A stretch of DNA of 64,000 nt from Rhynchobatus australiae (lineage: Eukaryota), in contig JAUZTB010000075.1 in NCBI GenBank assembly GCA_034780895.1, positions 20,438,664 through 20,502,663 on the forward strand, read 5' to 3'. Each line of letters begins with the position of its first letter. The stretch's first letter is position 1. The notes beneath the pieces were generated by a model. It was not told where the DNA came from and ran no database searches. It saw nothing but the letters and a program-made list of their open reading frames with translations. Made by a program: the position numbers and the translations under genes. Shown in pieces: positions 24,814-35,989 of this stretch.

Positions 24814-24924
24814 TCGCTGGTTCAATTAATTCCATCAATCAGATAGAATATTACATCACCAACCCTTTGGATGGCACGGTTTTTGGACACGAAACTTCTG
24901 AAGAACACTTTCCCAGAATTCATG
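24814..24924 (+). CDS. Cytoplasmic exon (QIEYY)
   Basis: ttacttctag| VAGSINSINQIEYYITNPLDGTVFGHETSEEHFPRIH G|gtttgc, 111 nt, phase 1-1. Confidence 0.7.
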
Positions 24925-25882
24925 GTTTGCTGCATTTCGTTTTGCTTTACATTTTTTTCTGCTTTACTCAGAATCTATCTGAAAATGCACACTGATAAAT
25001 CACAGAGAACTGAGGCTAAGCTTCTGTAAGTGAATTACGTTCCAAGAAACTATGAACTAGCTAGAATGTGAAAAAATCTAAACTCTCCACTGAAACCAGC
25101 TGTATAATCAATCAAAGCATTCGCCGTTGTTTGTTTACTCTTCGTGCTTTTTTGGCTTTGAAATATAAAATGAGTGAGCAGGCCAAGCGCGCAGTTCAGT
25201 AGTTCATACCACTGCAAGGTTCAAGATCTTTCTTCTGTTCCAATACNNNNNNNNNNGAACAAAGTATTGCATCCTGCGAAGACCGCTAGACTATTATTAA
25301 TTTGCAGGAATATAATTCTGTCTTGTCAACGAAAATTTCTACTTCATATTCTACAGATATGGACGGTGTTGAAAGTTAAACTATTAATTTTCAAGACTGT
25401 TCGTTCGTGATGGGCGGTTGCCCTAATGATCTGATACTCGCAGTTTCCTGCGGTTATCTCATCGCTATTTGTGAGATTATTCTTTGTCATACCCACAGTA
25501 ACTTGATGTCTGTAAAGCGATGATGACCTGGATTGTGCTTCATGTTCTTTTTCTACGTTTTGAGTTCAGCATTTCGTTTCCTAAAACAAAACAAACGTTC
25601 TCGGAAAGTGGTGCCTTTGCGGTTCTGTTGGCTCTCGGACTCATTCGAGAGTACAATGTGAGCCACGTGACGTACTGATTCTGCGTGTTCTGCGACTGCT
25701 CTTACACTGCGTTTTAAACTTTCTCGGGAATGGTGGACACATTTCCAGCCACGTACCTAATAATGAACCTTATTCCAACACTGAGAATCATAAAATCCGC
25801 CTTTGGATTACCCTCGCCGTGCTATGCAGTCAACTGCGCACTGAGTTTGGTTTCATTCATTCATTCACTTTCTTTCTTACAG

Positions 25883-26043
25883 ATCTGAGTCAGCAGCCTT
25901 TCACACATCGTACTCTCCCGGTACCCTGCTCTCCAATTATCAATAAGCTTCACAGCGACACATTCTCAACTCCAGCAGTTGCTGCACCTGTGGGAGTCGA
26001 CGGTTCGGTTCCATACTTTCCATCATCCCTTGGAGGATGGTAA
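25883..26043 (+). CDS. Putative terminal cytoplasmic exon
   Basis: Strong polypyrimidine acceptor tttctttcttacag|, phase 1, DLSQQPFTHRTLPVP...SSLGGW*. Confidence 0.5.
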
Positions 26044-26499
26044 GAAACACTTGTTCATTGTTTGACTCCATTCTTAGCATCCTGTTATCGGCGGTGTGCA
26101 GCAGGGATGTTTTAGGCGTGTACGCTGTGCAATTCTGACCAGAAATAACTACATAGCAAAGAGCCATCACTAACCTGTAATAATAGGATGGGAGTTTGCT
26201 GAAAGGAAATTGAATGTTTGATCACGAACATGAAGGAAGCATGGGTCTGGTATGGGAAATTGTTAACAGGAGTGTCTTTTGAAGCTTGTTAAGGACATGA
26301 AAGATCTTAAGAAAACATTTAGGAGTGGAAATCAGGTAACATGAAATGACCTGGGGCAACAGAATTAATGAATCTTCCAAAAACTTCTATAAACATTAGA
26401 GAAGGGAAAGGCTATCTTTGGAAAGTGTGTAGCCCTCAGTGTTCGAAACGGAAGTATTTGTGTGAAGCCATGTGATTGATAAGGTCTCCTCGATATTAA

Positions 26500-27110
26500 T
26501 GTCGCAACTGTATTCACCAGGAAGAGGGGTGTGGAGAATGGAGAGTTAGTGGAAGTGCAAGCTGGTAGTCTCGAACATGTGTATATCAGGACAGAACATG
26601 CGCTAGAGATATGGAAACACATTTAGATGGAGAAATTCCAAGGATCTGATAATATCTTAGGGTGTTACGTAAAGGAAGGAAGGAGATTGCTGGGGTTCCG
26701 GCGGTGACATTTGCATAATCTTTTGCTACTCTTCAGTTAACCAGAAAGCTGAGGGTAGTTCCGTGTTCCCATATTCAGGAAAGGTGGTAGGGATGAGCTA
26801 GGAAGCTACAGGCCGGTGAACCTGTCATCAGTGGTATTGCAACGTTTAATCATTGGATTTATTACCAATTTGAAAGTCAGAGATTAGCAAAGGTATATCA
26901 GCATAAATTTGTGCCTCACAAATCTGAGAATTTTGAGAAGATTACTTAGGAAATTGATGAAGGCAAGGCGGTATATGTGGTTTATACGGAATAGAGCAAG
27001 GTTCTGCACAAGATCACATAAGGTAGACTGGTACAGGACGTTAGGGTACGTAGGATCCAAAGCGTTTTAGCAAATTGAATCCAAATTTGGCCAGGTGATT
27101 GTTGGCATCG
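26500..27110 (+). mobile_element. Decayed CR1 ORF2 fragment
   Basis: ggaagctacaggccggtgaacctgtcatcagtggt (GSYRPVNLSSVV) and downstream RT motifs. Confidence 0.7.
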
Positions 27111-27708
27111 GAAGGTCGTGTGCAGCTACTTTTTCTGACTACAGAACTACGTCCAATGCTATAATCCAGGCNNNNNNNNNNNNNNNNNNNNNNNNNNNNN
27201 NNNNNNNNNNNNNNNNNNNNNNNNNNNNNNNNNNNNNNNNNNNNNNNNNNNNNNNNNNNNNNNNNNNNNNNCAAGTCGACATTAATGTTTTCCATCTCTC
27301 CCTCACGTTGCTCTCCCAAATCGCCCTTTCTACCTTTAGGTACTTTTCCACATCCCAAGATCCGCCGAATGGCCATATTTTGTTTCCCATTTTTTTATTG
27401 AGGCATGCCGATCATTTACGGAATTCATTCTCATTGTTTCTCATCGTCTTTACATTACTGAGATAGTGGGATATTGAACCCAGACGTATCGAGAGTTTGC
27501 CCCACTTCTGTTTTCTGACCGTACGGTAAAAATCTCTGCGCTGATCTCTAGGATCAGTGTCTTTCCTTCACCTACTTCAGGTTCCTGACCTTCCCGTAGG
27601 GCATTTCCCCTCAGGAACCGGTCTGAGGCAGGGTGGTAGTGCCAGAGAACCGATCTCAAAAGTTAGAGCACAAAACCTTAACATTTACAAACTTAAAACC
27701 CAAACCTG

Positions 27709-27848
27709 GGAACTCGAACCCGAAACTCGAACCTCACTGGGGACTCGAACTCCGAACCTGAAAGTAACTGGGGACTCGAACCCCGAACACGAACCTAACT
27801 CGGGACTCGAACCCCGAACTTGAAACTAACTGGGGCTCGAACCCCAAA
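27709..27848 (-). repeat. Tandem ~31-nt repeats containing the GGGTTCGAGTCCC hairpin (tRNA T-arm/B-box-like) in the ERV leader
   Basis: About 5 units of gggactcgaaccccgaac..aactaact on the + strand. Confidence 0.8.
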
Positions 27849-28040
27849 CCCATCGTACCTGTGGCTCTCAGACAGGTTCGCGGGGAGTCCGTCAGAGGAT
27901 ATTCGACAAGCGAAGGGATAGATCAGGTATCCGACTCCCTGATAGGGATCAAGGTGAATCTTATCTTGTGGGCCGTTCCGTCTCAGGAAGTCGTTATCCC
28001 CGTCGATCGCTCACGCCGCTTCCGAAACCTCGTCTTGGGA

Positions 28041-28058
28041 CTCCGGGCCGTCTTGCCA
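28041..28058 (-). promoter_or_regulatory. Primer-binding site, probably tRNA-Arg(ACG)
   Basis: TGGCAAGACGGCCCGGAG matches 14/18 positions of TGGCGAGCCAGCCAGGAG and lies 3 nt from the LTR end. Confidence 0.6.
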
Positions 28059-29444
28059 AATTGTTGTCCCGATTTTAAATTCCCACTCCTTTCTGCTGCA
28101 AAGTAACACAGTGTCACAGATTAATTCTCTTAAACCGTGTTTATTAGCAGTACACTGCGGGAGAATTCTCCTCACACTCTCAGATAGAGTCTTTCTCGGA
28201 GGTGTCCGCAGTCCAAAGCAGCAGACAGTAATTTATACAGATATTGTCACGCACACTTAATGAATTCCGCTCCACGAGTTTCGCTCAGGCCTCAGAGAAT
28301 CAAAGACAGACATCGCACCTATTGTTCAACATAGTTGAGTTCTCATCGAGATTCACGACAGGAATCGCCCTTCATCGTTTAATACAGACCTCACACTCAT
28401 TGTTTTAAGACGAATCCCACACTTATTGTTTTAAAACAAACCACCTGGTTTTGAGTCGGGGCTTGCTTGCATAGTTTTGTTTTATTAGTTATTATGTATT
28501 ATATCTGCGGTCACAATTTCTCACCCTTTACATACTCAGTATGACAGACCCTTCTTGTCATCATGGATCAATGGTTCTGTTCACCCACTCTGGCCATTGA
28601 TCAAAAGAATGTCCAAGTTTGCAATGACGGGAATTTTATGGAATGCACCTCTTCTGGTTCGGTGATCACATCTGATCATTGTAAGTATATTGACAGAGTG
28701 ACACACACTGCTGGTAATCAGCCATTGGTTCAGGTTATAAACGAAATTGTGTGACGCAAACTGAATATAACCCCACAGTAACTGACACTCCCAGCAAACC
28801 AGTCAGAAACAATTTCTGCTTTGACATTTTCCAACGATAACTGGAAGAGAATTAGGAGGTCCACCCCTGTCAACAACTTACAGTCAAAGAGGGTTGGTCG
28901 TTAAACACTTCCGCAATCCCTCCTGAAGACTTGCATATCGGTGCTCTGGTGAAACAATGCACCAGATTTCACTGAATGAAAACATGCCTTTCTCGCGGCT
29001 CTCGCGTGTTAAAATTAGCTTTGTATTATTTAATTTACGGTTGATGGGATTTCATTAAGGAACCCAGGCGATCAGGAACATTTAATAAAAATAACGAATA
29101 TGATTGATGGCATCTTTGCACAACCGAAAACGTGGCATTACCATAAATAGTGCGAGACCAGCACTTCGGAACACACACCATCGGAGGGCATTTGGCCTTT
29201 CGAGAATGTCTGCTCTTTAAAATTTTTGCAACTGATGCATGATCTGAGTACAGGTTTCAAGCTCTGTTCCTCTTCCGCTGAAGCCTTCCGTGTCCACAGA
29301 TCGAAATACCACCTTCCTGAATATAAACGGGTAATTCACCTCCTTCCTTGAGAATTCCGAATGTTCACCGCTGCTTGAAGAAAACATCCTTTTGGATCAA
29401 TCCTAAATGTTTTACTGTTTCCCATATTCCCTACATTACACCCT

Positions 29445-30370
29445 TCCATGGGGGAGGGGGCGCGGGTGAGGAAACGGAGGAGAGAGATAGGAGCAGAAGG
29501 GAGGGTGCCACTGAGAGCGAGGAAGGCCGAAATTGTGTGAGAAGAAAGGGGACGAGGAGCAACGCGGGGCAGTGCCCTGTGAGTGCGAACTGAGAGAGCA
29601 GGGGGATCTCCGGGTGTGTTGATGAGCCGTGCTGAAGGTATCAAAAGAAGAGAGAGATGGCGAGAGAGGAGGTGGCTGGACGTGAAGAGGGGAGGAACGG
29701 AGAAGGCACAACAGAGAGGGGCGCAGAGAGCAGCGGATCGAGGGGATTGCGGCAGAGAGGAGGGGCTGAGAGAAGTGATGAAGAGGAGACGATTGATCGG
29801 GAGACGCAGAAACGTGGTATCAGAGGGTTGCTGAGGAGTGTTGAGATGCGAGACAGTGGATGGTCGGAGGGGGAGATATAGAAGGGGTGAACACAGAGAA
29901 GTGTCGACAGAGAGGCAGAGAGGGGCGGCAGAGTGCAGGACGACGGAAAGGAGGTGTCAAAGCATTGGACAGCGGAGGGGGACAACGAAGGGTGGCGGAG
30001 AGGTGGGTCACGACGTAAGGGTCAGGGAGTGGGTCAAGAGGGTAGGGGTGCAGAGAGGAGAGTGACTGAGAAGAGAGAGAAGAGTCAGGGAACAGGGATC
30101 TGGAGAGCAGCGAGAGGAGTCGTTCCGCGAAAAGAGTGTTTGGAAAGGAGGAGCACGGAGAGGAGGGATTGCAGTGAGGAGAGGTGAGACAGGAGAGCAG
30201 AGGTCTGAGAGGAGAGTGAGGTTAGAGGTGAAGAGAGACAAAGCCATTAGAGCAGAGGGGTGAGAGACGAGCAGACTGGACGAGAGGAGGGGAGACGCAT
30301 TGTGGGCAGTGAGGGGTGGAGAGGAGAGGTGACGGAGCGGAAGGTGAAAGGGTCTGCGCGGAGCGAAGGC
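29445..30370 (+). repeat. Purine (GA)-rich low-complexity tract
   Basis: Strong G/A strand bias with gagag/ggagg motifs. The overlapping ORFs are low-complexity. Confidence 0.8.
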
Positions 30371-30374
30371 AGGA

Positions 30375-30720
30375 CGGAGGGGTCCCTGTGGAGAGCGCAA
30401 GGCAAGGATTGGGGTGAGCTGTATCTGGTGGTGGGATATTGTTGGCGAAAGAGCAGATGCTGAACGTGGTGGATCGTGTCTTGAAAGGTAAGGACGATGA
30501 GAGCTCTTTGGTGGTGGGGTTGTGAGAGCAGTTGTACAGAGAGCAACAAATTGCGAATGAGGAATACATCAACTGCAGCGCAGGAGAAGCCACCTATCCT
30601 GAGAAATGAAGAGATCGTTGAAGTCCTGGATCGGAAAGCCTTAACTTGAGAACAGATGTGGCGGAGATAGAGAATCCGATGGAAAGTGATGGCTTCATTA
30701 CGGGAATTACCTTCATTGAG
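30375..30720 (-). mobile_element. Penelope-like RT fragment
   Basis: Minus translation ALIVLTFQDTIHHVQHLLFRQQYPTTRYSSP resembles the PLE post-RT region, also seen at 1104-1300. Confidence 0.6.
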
Positions 30721-30863
30721 ATCCCTTCATTACCTGTTGGTTGGAATGTTGGTCATCATGTGATAATCAGTAATACAGTAGGCACGTGGCTGAAGGTACC
30801 CCACAAAAGTCTTCATGAGAACATGACACTGGTTTATTTACAGATACAAAGGATCCGTCACAC

Positions 30864-31554
30864 TCATAATTTAATGAGGTTTGCAATTACCGTAAAGGGA
30901 TATTTGTCAAGAATCTTCATCTGCTCTCGGAACTTCGTTTGGGTGACGGCATAAATACAAGTGTTTGTGCAGCAGCTCAGTAACTGGAGCATGAATCCAA
31001 TTTCTTGGAGAAAAAAGGGAAATGTTGCATTAACTCCAAAATACACCAATCGGCTACTTACAGACCAGATAACAAACATTGCCCATAAGAACACAAAGTT
31101 TCCCGAGATAACAAAGAGCAGAATGATGGACTTCCTTCTGCTCTCCATCTCTGGGTCCCTCGGCCGGTCCCCGCTGCTCTGGCCGCGGAGTCTCCTGCGG
31201 GCTCGGTTGGCTGCGAAAATGTGTCTGACAGTTAATGCATTGAGAAGTATGATTAATACAAATGGGATTGTGGGTGTGAAAATATAGTGAAGGTACTCAA
31301 CCGCTGACCATATTTCAGTAAACGTGACAGTTTTCGGATCACAGAACCAAGGTTCATTTCCAAACGCATACTTCGCCCTGAACATAAAATACCAGCTGAT
31401 GTCCTTTGAACAGCTCAGTGCCGTCACTGTTCCCAGAACGACCACCGCCGTCCTCGCGGTGCAATATTTGTTTTTTACCTTCTGCCAACAAATGGCGACG
31501 AATCGGTCAAAGGTGAACGTGACGGTGAACCAGACAGAGCAGTCGGTGGCTGCG
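30864..31554 (-). CDS. GPR139-like rhodopsin-class GPCR, TM3-TM7 (5' part lost in gap), open frame
   Basis: AATDCSVWFTVTFTFDRFVAICWQK..KYCT..DPEMESRRKSIILL..LQLLSCCTNTCIYAVTQTKFRE..*. Confidence 0.88.
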
Positions 31555-31654
31555 NNNNNNNNNNNNNNNNNNNNNNNNNNNNNNNNNNNNNNNNNNNNNN
31601 NNNNNNNNNNNNNNNNNNNNNNNNNNNNNNNNNNNNNNNNNNNNNNNNNNNNNN

Positions 31655-32192
31655 TAAAATATGTCTGACAGTTAATGCATTGAGAAGTATGATTAATACA
31701 AACGGAACTATGGGTGTGAAAATATAATGTATGGACTCAGCCGCTGCCCACATTTCAGAAATCTGGACGTCACTTGTCCCTTCACAGAACCAAGATCCAT
31801 CTCCAAACGCAGACTTCACCGTGAAGATAACATACCAGGTGATGTTCATTAAACAGCTCAGTGCCGTCACTCTTCCCAGAACGACCACCGCAGTCCTCAC
31901 GGTACAATATTTGAATTTTTCGTCTGCCAACAAATGACGACGAATCGGTCAAAGGTGAACGTGACGGTGAACTGGACATAACAGTCGGTGGCTGCGAAAA
32001 TCAGCGCGGCGTGGATATTACACACGGGTATGTACTTCAGGAAAATAAACGTTTCCCAATGAACAATGGGAATGTGCCGCAATATCAGGTCGAGAATGAC
32101 GACAAGGAGATCCACTGCTACTATGGCCACTAGGACACAACTGGGAAGTCCGCACATTCCCCGGGACAACATCGCAATTGTCAATACGTTGA
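31655..32192 (-). pseudogene. Second GPR139-like paralogue, TM1-TM5, frameshifted
   Basis: cactgcag| VNVLTIAMLSRGMCGLPSC..DLLVVILDLIL..FTFDRFVVICWQ, then a frameshift near 31915 before KYCT. Clearly diverged from the neighbouring copy. Confidence 0.8.
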
Positions 32193-33186
32193 CTGCAGTG
32201 AAGAGACATAAATTAAATATTTTAGTCTCAGATCACACAGTGATGAAGCAGAACTTTCGTCTTGTCTGAACAGGCTGACACTCAAATATCCATCCCAAAT
32301 GATCAATTTTCCAGAATTTGGTCCGTAGCTTTCTGTTCCTTGGTGAGTAAAGTGCTGGTTTTCACACTTCTGCCTCCATCTCCCACTCCGGAAATGCGTT
32401 CCTGGTTAGAACTCTCCTTTGTGTGAGAGACGTATCTCTTTAGGATGCTCTCTGATCCTTCTAACACAAGAACTGTAAAAAATGGGCGCAGGATAAGGCC
32501 ATCAGGCTCCTCAACCTGCCCCACCATCTGATATGACTGTGGCTGATCTCTACAGTTCTCAACTACACGTGTCTCGTGGCTCCATACAACGGAATTCCTC
32601 CATCTCACAAATGTTGATCTTCCTCTGCTTCACCTCCTCAGGTCAAGCGTACACCANNNNNNNNNNNNNNNNNNNNNNNNNNNNNNNNNNNNNNNNNNNN
32701 NNNNNNNNNNNNNNNNNNNNNNNNNNNNNNNNNNNNNNNNNNNNNNNNNNNNNNNNATATTGCAGGAAATCAGCTGCTCAGCCATTATCTGTGGAGACAA
32801 ATGAATAGTCAGCGTTTCTGATAAAGAGCTAGCACCAGTTCTCCACAATTTTGTTTTCTTTTAAACCCAAGGATACTGGATGCATTCGAAAGTACTCGCG
32901 CATGGCCCAGAATCAGGCCGCCTTGAGTTCTTCTGTCTGATTTTCAACAGGGCCACACACCAGGACATCAAGACTTAAAGATGTAACAGTTGTGCCCGGA
33001 GCCAGCTGGTTCAGTCTCATGTTGACATCACAATGCGAGGGGCTACACTCAGGGGGAGCTGGGAACAGTTGAAGGGCAAATTGTTCCGAAACATACAGCT
33101 CAGATAAGAGGAGAGGGCAGGATAAAAGGAGAGGGCAGGAAATCATCGCAAAATATTAGGAGTGTAATTCTTCCGTAATGAAATAT

Positions 33187-33274
33187 TCACACCGTCACCC
33201 TCAGTCCAGGTCTGGATTCCTGCAGAGACTCCAGTTCCTTCCTCCTAGTTGAGGAAAACTTGTTTTCCTCCAGC
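33187..33274 (-). CDS. NLR-type gene, terminal exon
   Basis: tttcag|G LEENKFSSTRRKELESLQESRPGLRVTV*. A near-duplicate lies at 33694-33768. Confidence 0.82.
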
Positions 33275-33436
33275 CTGAAACAGATTGAAAAATGAAGAGG
33301 AAATGAATGGATTACCCAACAGTGTCAATAACTGGCGACTGGGGTTAATATTTCAACAACACTTATAGACAAATATCACCGAAAAAGCCCACAGATCCAC
33401 TAATAATTTAATCACATTAAACATCAGTACACTCAC

Positions 33437-33594
33437 CCAATTCGTTCCAGATTCGGGAGGATCCATATGAGGCGGCAGAGAGCCGGGACAGATTGGTCCG
33501 TGAAGGAATTTGATCTCAGGTCCAGACCTGTCAGTGAGCGGTTTGCACTGAGACGGGAGACAAGATTCTCAGTGCAAGAATCCGTGAGACCAAC
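33437..33594 (-). CDS. NLR LRR exon (partial; near-duplicate of 33934-34101)
   Basis: VGLTDSCTENLVSRLSANRSLTGLDLRSNSFTDQSVPAL...G|gtgagt. Confidence 0.75.
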
Positions 33595-33933
33595 NNNNNN
33601 NNNNNNNNNNNNNNNNNNNNNNNNNNNNNNNNNNNNNNNNNNNNNNNNNNNNNNNNNNNNNNNNNNNNNNNNNNNNNNNNNNNNNNNNNNNNNNTCAGTC
33701 CAGGTCTGGATTCCTGCAGAGACTCCAGTTCCTTCCTCCTAGTTGAGGAGAACTGATTTTCGTCCAGCCTGAAACAGATTGAAAAACAATGAAGAAGAAA
33801 TGAATGGATTACCCAACAGTGTCAATAACTGGCGACCGGGGTTAATATTTCAACAACACTTACAGACAATTATCACCGGAAAAGCCCACAGATCCACTAA
33901 TAATTTAATCACATTAAACATTAGTACACTCAC

Positions 33934-34101
33934 CCAATTCGTTCCAGACTCGGGAGGATCCATATGAGGCGGCAGAGAGCCGGGACAGATTGGTCTGTGA
34001 AGGAATTTGATCTCAGGTCCAGACCTGTCAGTGAGCGGTTTGCACTGAGACCGGAGACAAGATCCTCAGTGCAAGAATCCGTGAGACCAACACGCCATAG
34101 T
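33934..34101 (-). CDS. NLR LRR exon (168 nt, ribonuclease-inhibitor type)
   Basis: cacag| LWRVGLTDSCTEDLVSGLSANRSLTGLDLRSNSFTDQSVPALCRLIWILPSLERI |gtgagt, phase 2-2. Confidence 0.9.
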
Positions 34102-34802
34102 CTGTGTATGAGAAGGAAAGACACAGGGACATATGGAGAGTTAAGATAAAAACAGGAAGGATTTGTTCATCAGACCAACACGACTGATGGGTTGCATCTT
34201 CCTCTGTCCTCCGGGAACTCACTGCTGCCTGCCATGGAATCGTGTTGGGGTTCAGGACAGTCTTCATGAGGAGAAAGTTTCCATCTACCTGACAGTGAAG
34301 GGTGTGCACTGGCAGAAGGCTTTTGGCAGCTGGTGAAAACCAGCCCTGGCTCATTTCTGTCACTGAAATTGAACGGCTACAAATATCTTGCACTGAAATT
34401 TGAGCAGGAACTATTTGTACTATTCGAACATTGAAAATTTCCCACACATTGGATAAATGGTAAACCTGTTTTTACTGCAGGGACTCCAGTGATAGGTCCA
34501 GCAGCCGCTCTGGCCTCACAGGATATGCCGGGATAAAGCTACCGCTGGCTCTGCAGTAGGTTTTCCTACCCTTGAGCTGGGGAATCCGATGATGTCTGCA
34601 CAGCTCCATGGACACTGCACAGTGAGGGTAACTGCAGTACATGCTACAGAGCAGAAGATGGCATTGCAATGGGTTGCCAGTCCCAGCAACGGACTTTGGG
34701 ACTTGTGCAAGAAACAAAGTGTGCCACAGACGTGTTAGTGCCTGGGGATTGTGTCAGACACTCAGCATTTATAAACACAATCTCTCAGAGTCTGCTACTT
34801 AC

Positions 34803-34973
34803 CGAAGATCCTGCAGTTGACAGACTGCGCTCTTCAGGGCCGATGACAGCAGCTTCACTCCTGAATCACCCAGGTTATTTTCGCTCAAGTGCAGACGTGT
34901 TAAGGTGGAGTTTCTCTTGAGAATGGAAGAGAGATCCTCGGCACAAGAAGCTGTGAGACCAGTAGCCCAAAGA
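34803..34973 (-). CDS. NLR LRR exon (171 nt)
   Basis: [56 protein letters not shown], ag/gt boundaries, phase 2-2. Confidence 0.9.
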
Positions 34974-35300
34974 CTAGGTGTTGGGAGATGAAATGGAGGT
35001 CAATAAACGACAGAAACAAACTTTGTTTTCCACTGAAACTTTTGTGTTCAAAACGTAATTAATGAGAATAAACATAATATTATTATTAGCATTAACAAAA
35101 AGATAGAGCAATCAGCCAGTAGTTTGTACTGNNNNNNNNNNNNNNNNNNNNNNNNNNNNNNNNNNNNNNNNNNNNNNNNNNNNNNNNNNNNNNNNNNNNN
35201 NNNNNNNNNNNNNNNNNNNNNNNNNNNNNNNGTTAGTGCCTGGGGATTGCATCAGACACCCAGCATTTATAAACAAAATCTCTCAGAGTCTGCTACTTAC

Positions 35301-35471
35301 CGAAGATCCTGCAGTTGACAGACTGCGCTCTTCAGAGCCGAGGACAGCAGCTTCACTCCTGAATCTCCCAGGTTATTTTCGCTCAAGTGCAGATGTGTTA
35401 AGGTGGAGTTTGTCTTGAGAATGGAGGAGAGATCCTCGGCACAAGAGGCTGTGAGACCAGTAGCCCAAAGA
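35301..35471 (-). CDS. NLR LRR exon (171 nt), near-duplicate of 34803-34973 across a gap
   Basis: Same exon with a few substitutions. The whole 34732-35131 block is repeated at 35232-35629. Confidence 0.7.
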
Positions 35472-35989
35472 CTCGGTGTTGGGAGATGAAATGGAGGGCA
35501 GTAAACGACAGAAACAAACTTTGTTTTCCACTGAAACTTTTGTGTTCAAAGCGTAATTAATGAGAATAAACATGATATTATTATTAGCATGAACAAAAGG
35601 ATAGAGCAATCAGCCAGTGGTTTGTACTGAGAGTGGAGGCAGAATCCTTGACACAAGCTGCAAAAGCAACTGTCCACGAACAGAGAGAGGAAGGAGTTGA
35701 CTCACAGGAGAACACAGCGCTTATTGATACCCACAGTAGTGCTCAGTATTTACTGCCAACGGAATTAATACTGACTGTATAGTTCTGCATCAGTGATAGA
35801 CTATGGAACTTTAGTGTCTGGAAATACTCCTCCACACCGCATCCTGCCTAACCCAGTGAAAGACGTGCACTACACAGCCTGAACTTCTCTGTGACTTGCC
35901 AGCATCCGAGGCCCTGTGCTGACCCCTCACCCCCAGATAATCTTTGGCACATTTTATGACTTATATACCTCACTTATGTATCGAGATGA

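Larger units (their letters stand above)
27272..28777 (-). mobile_element. Endogenous retrovirus 5' end: LTR (28062-28777), PBS, leader, decayed gag N-terminus (27505-27272)
   Basis: On -, the LTR runs TGTGGGG...CAACA with TATAAAT (28231-28237) and AATAAA (28140-28145). It is followed by ATT+TGGCAAGACGGCCCGGAG, then a gag-like (G)TG GQTLDTSG...KIWPFGGSWD. Confidence 0.72.

Noticed and set aside
27709-27848. CRISPR-like repeat-spacer appearance
   Set aside because: Vertebrate context, spacers are short and similar to each other, and there are no cas genes; it lies in an ERV leader.
29336-30593. Many overlapping R/E/G- or S/P/L-rich ORFs
   Set aside because: By-product of low-complexity purine-rich DNA.
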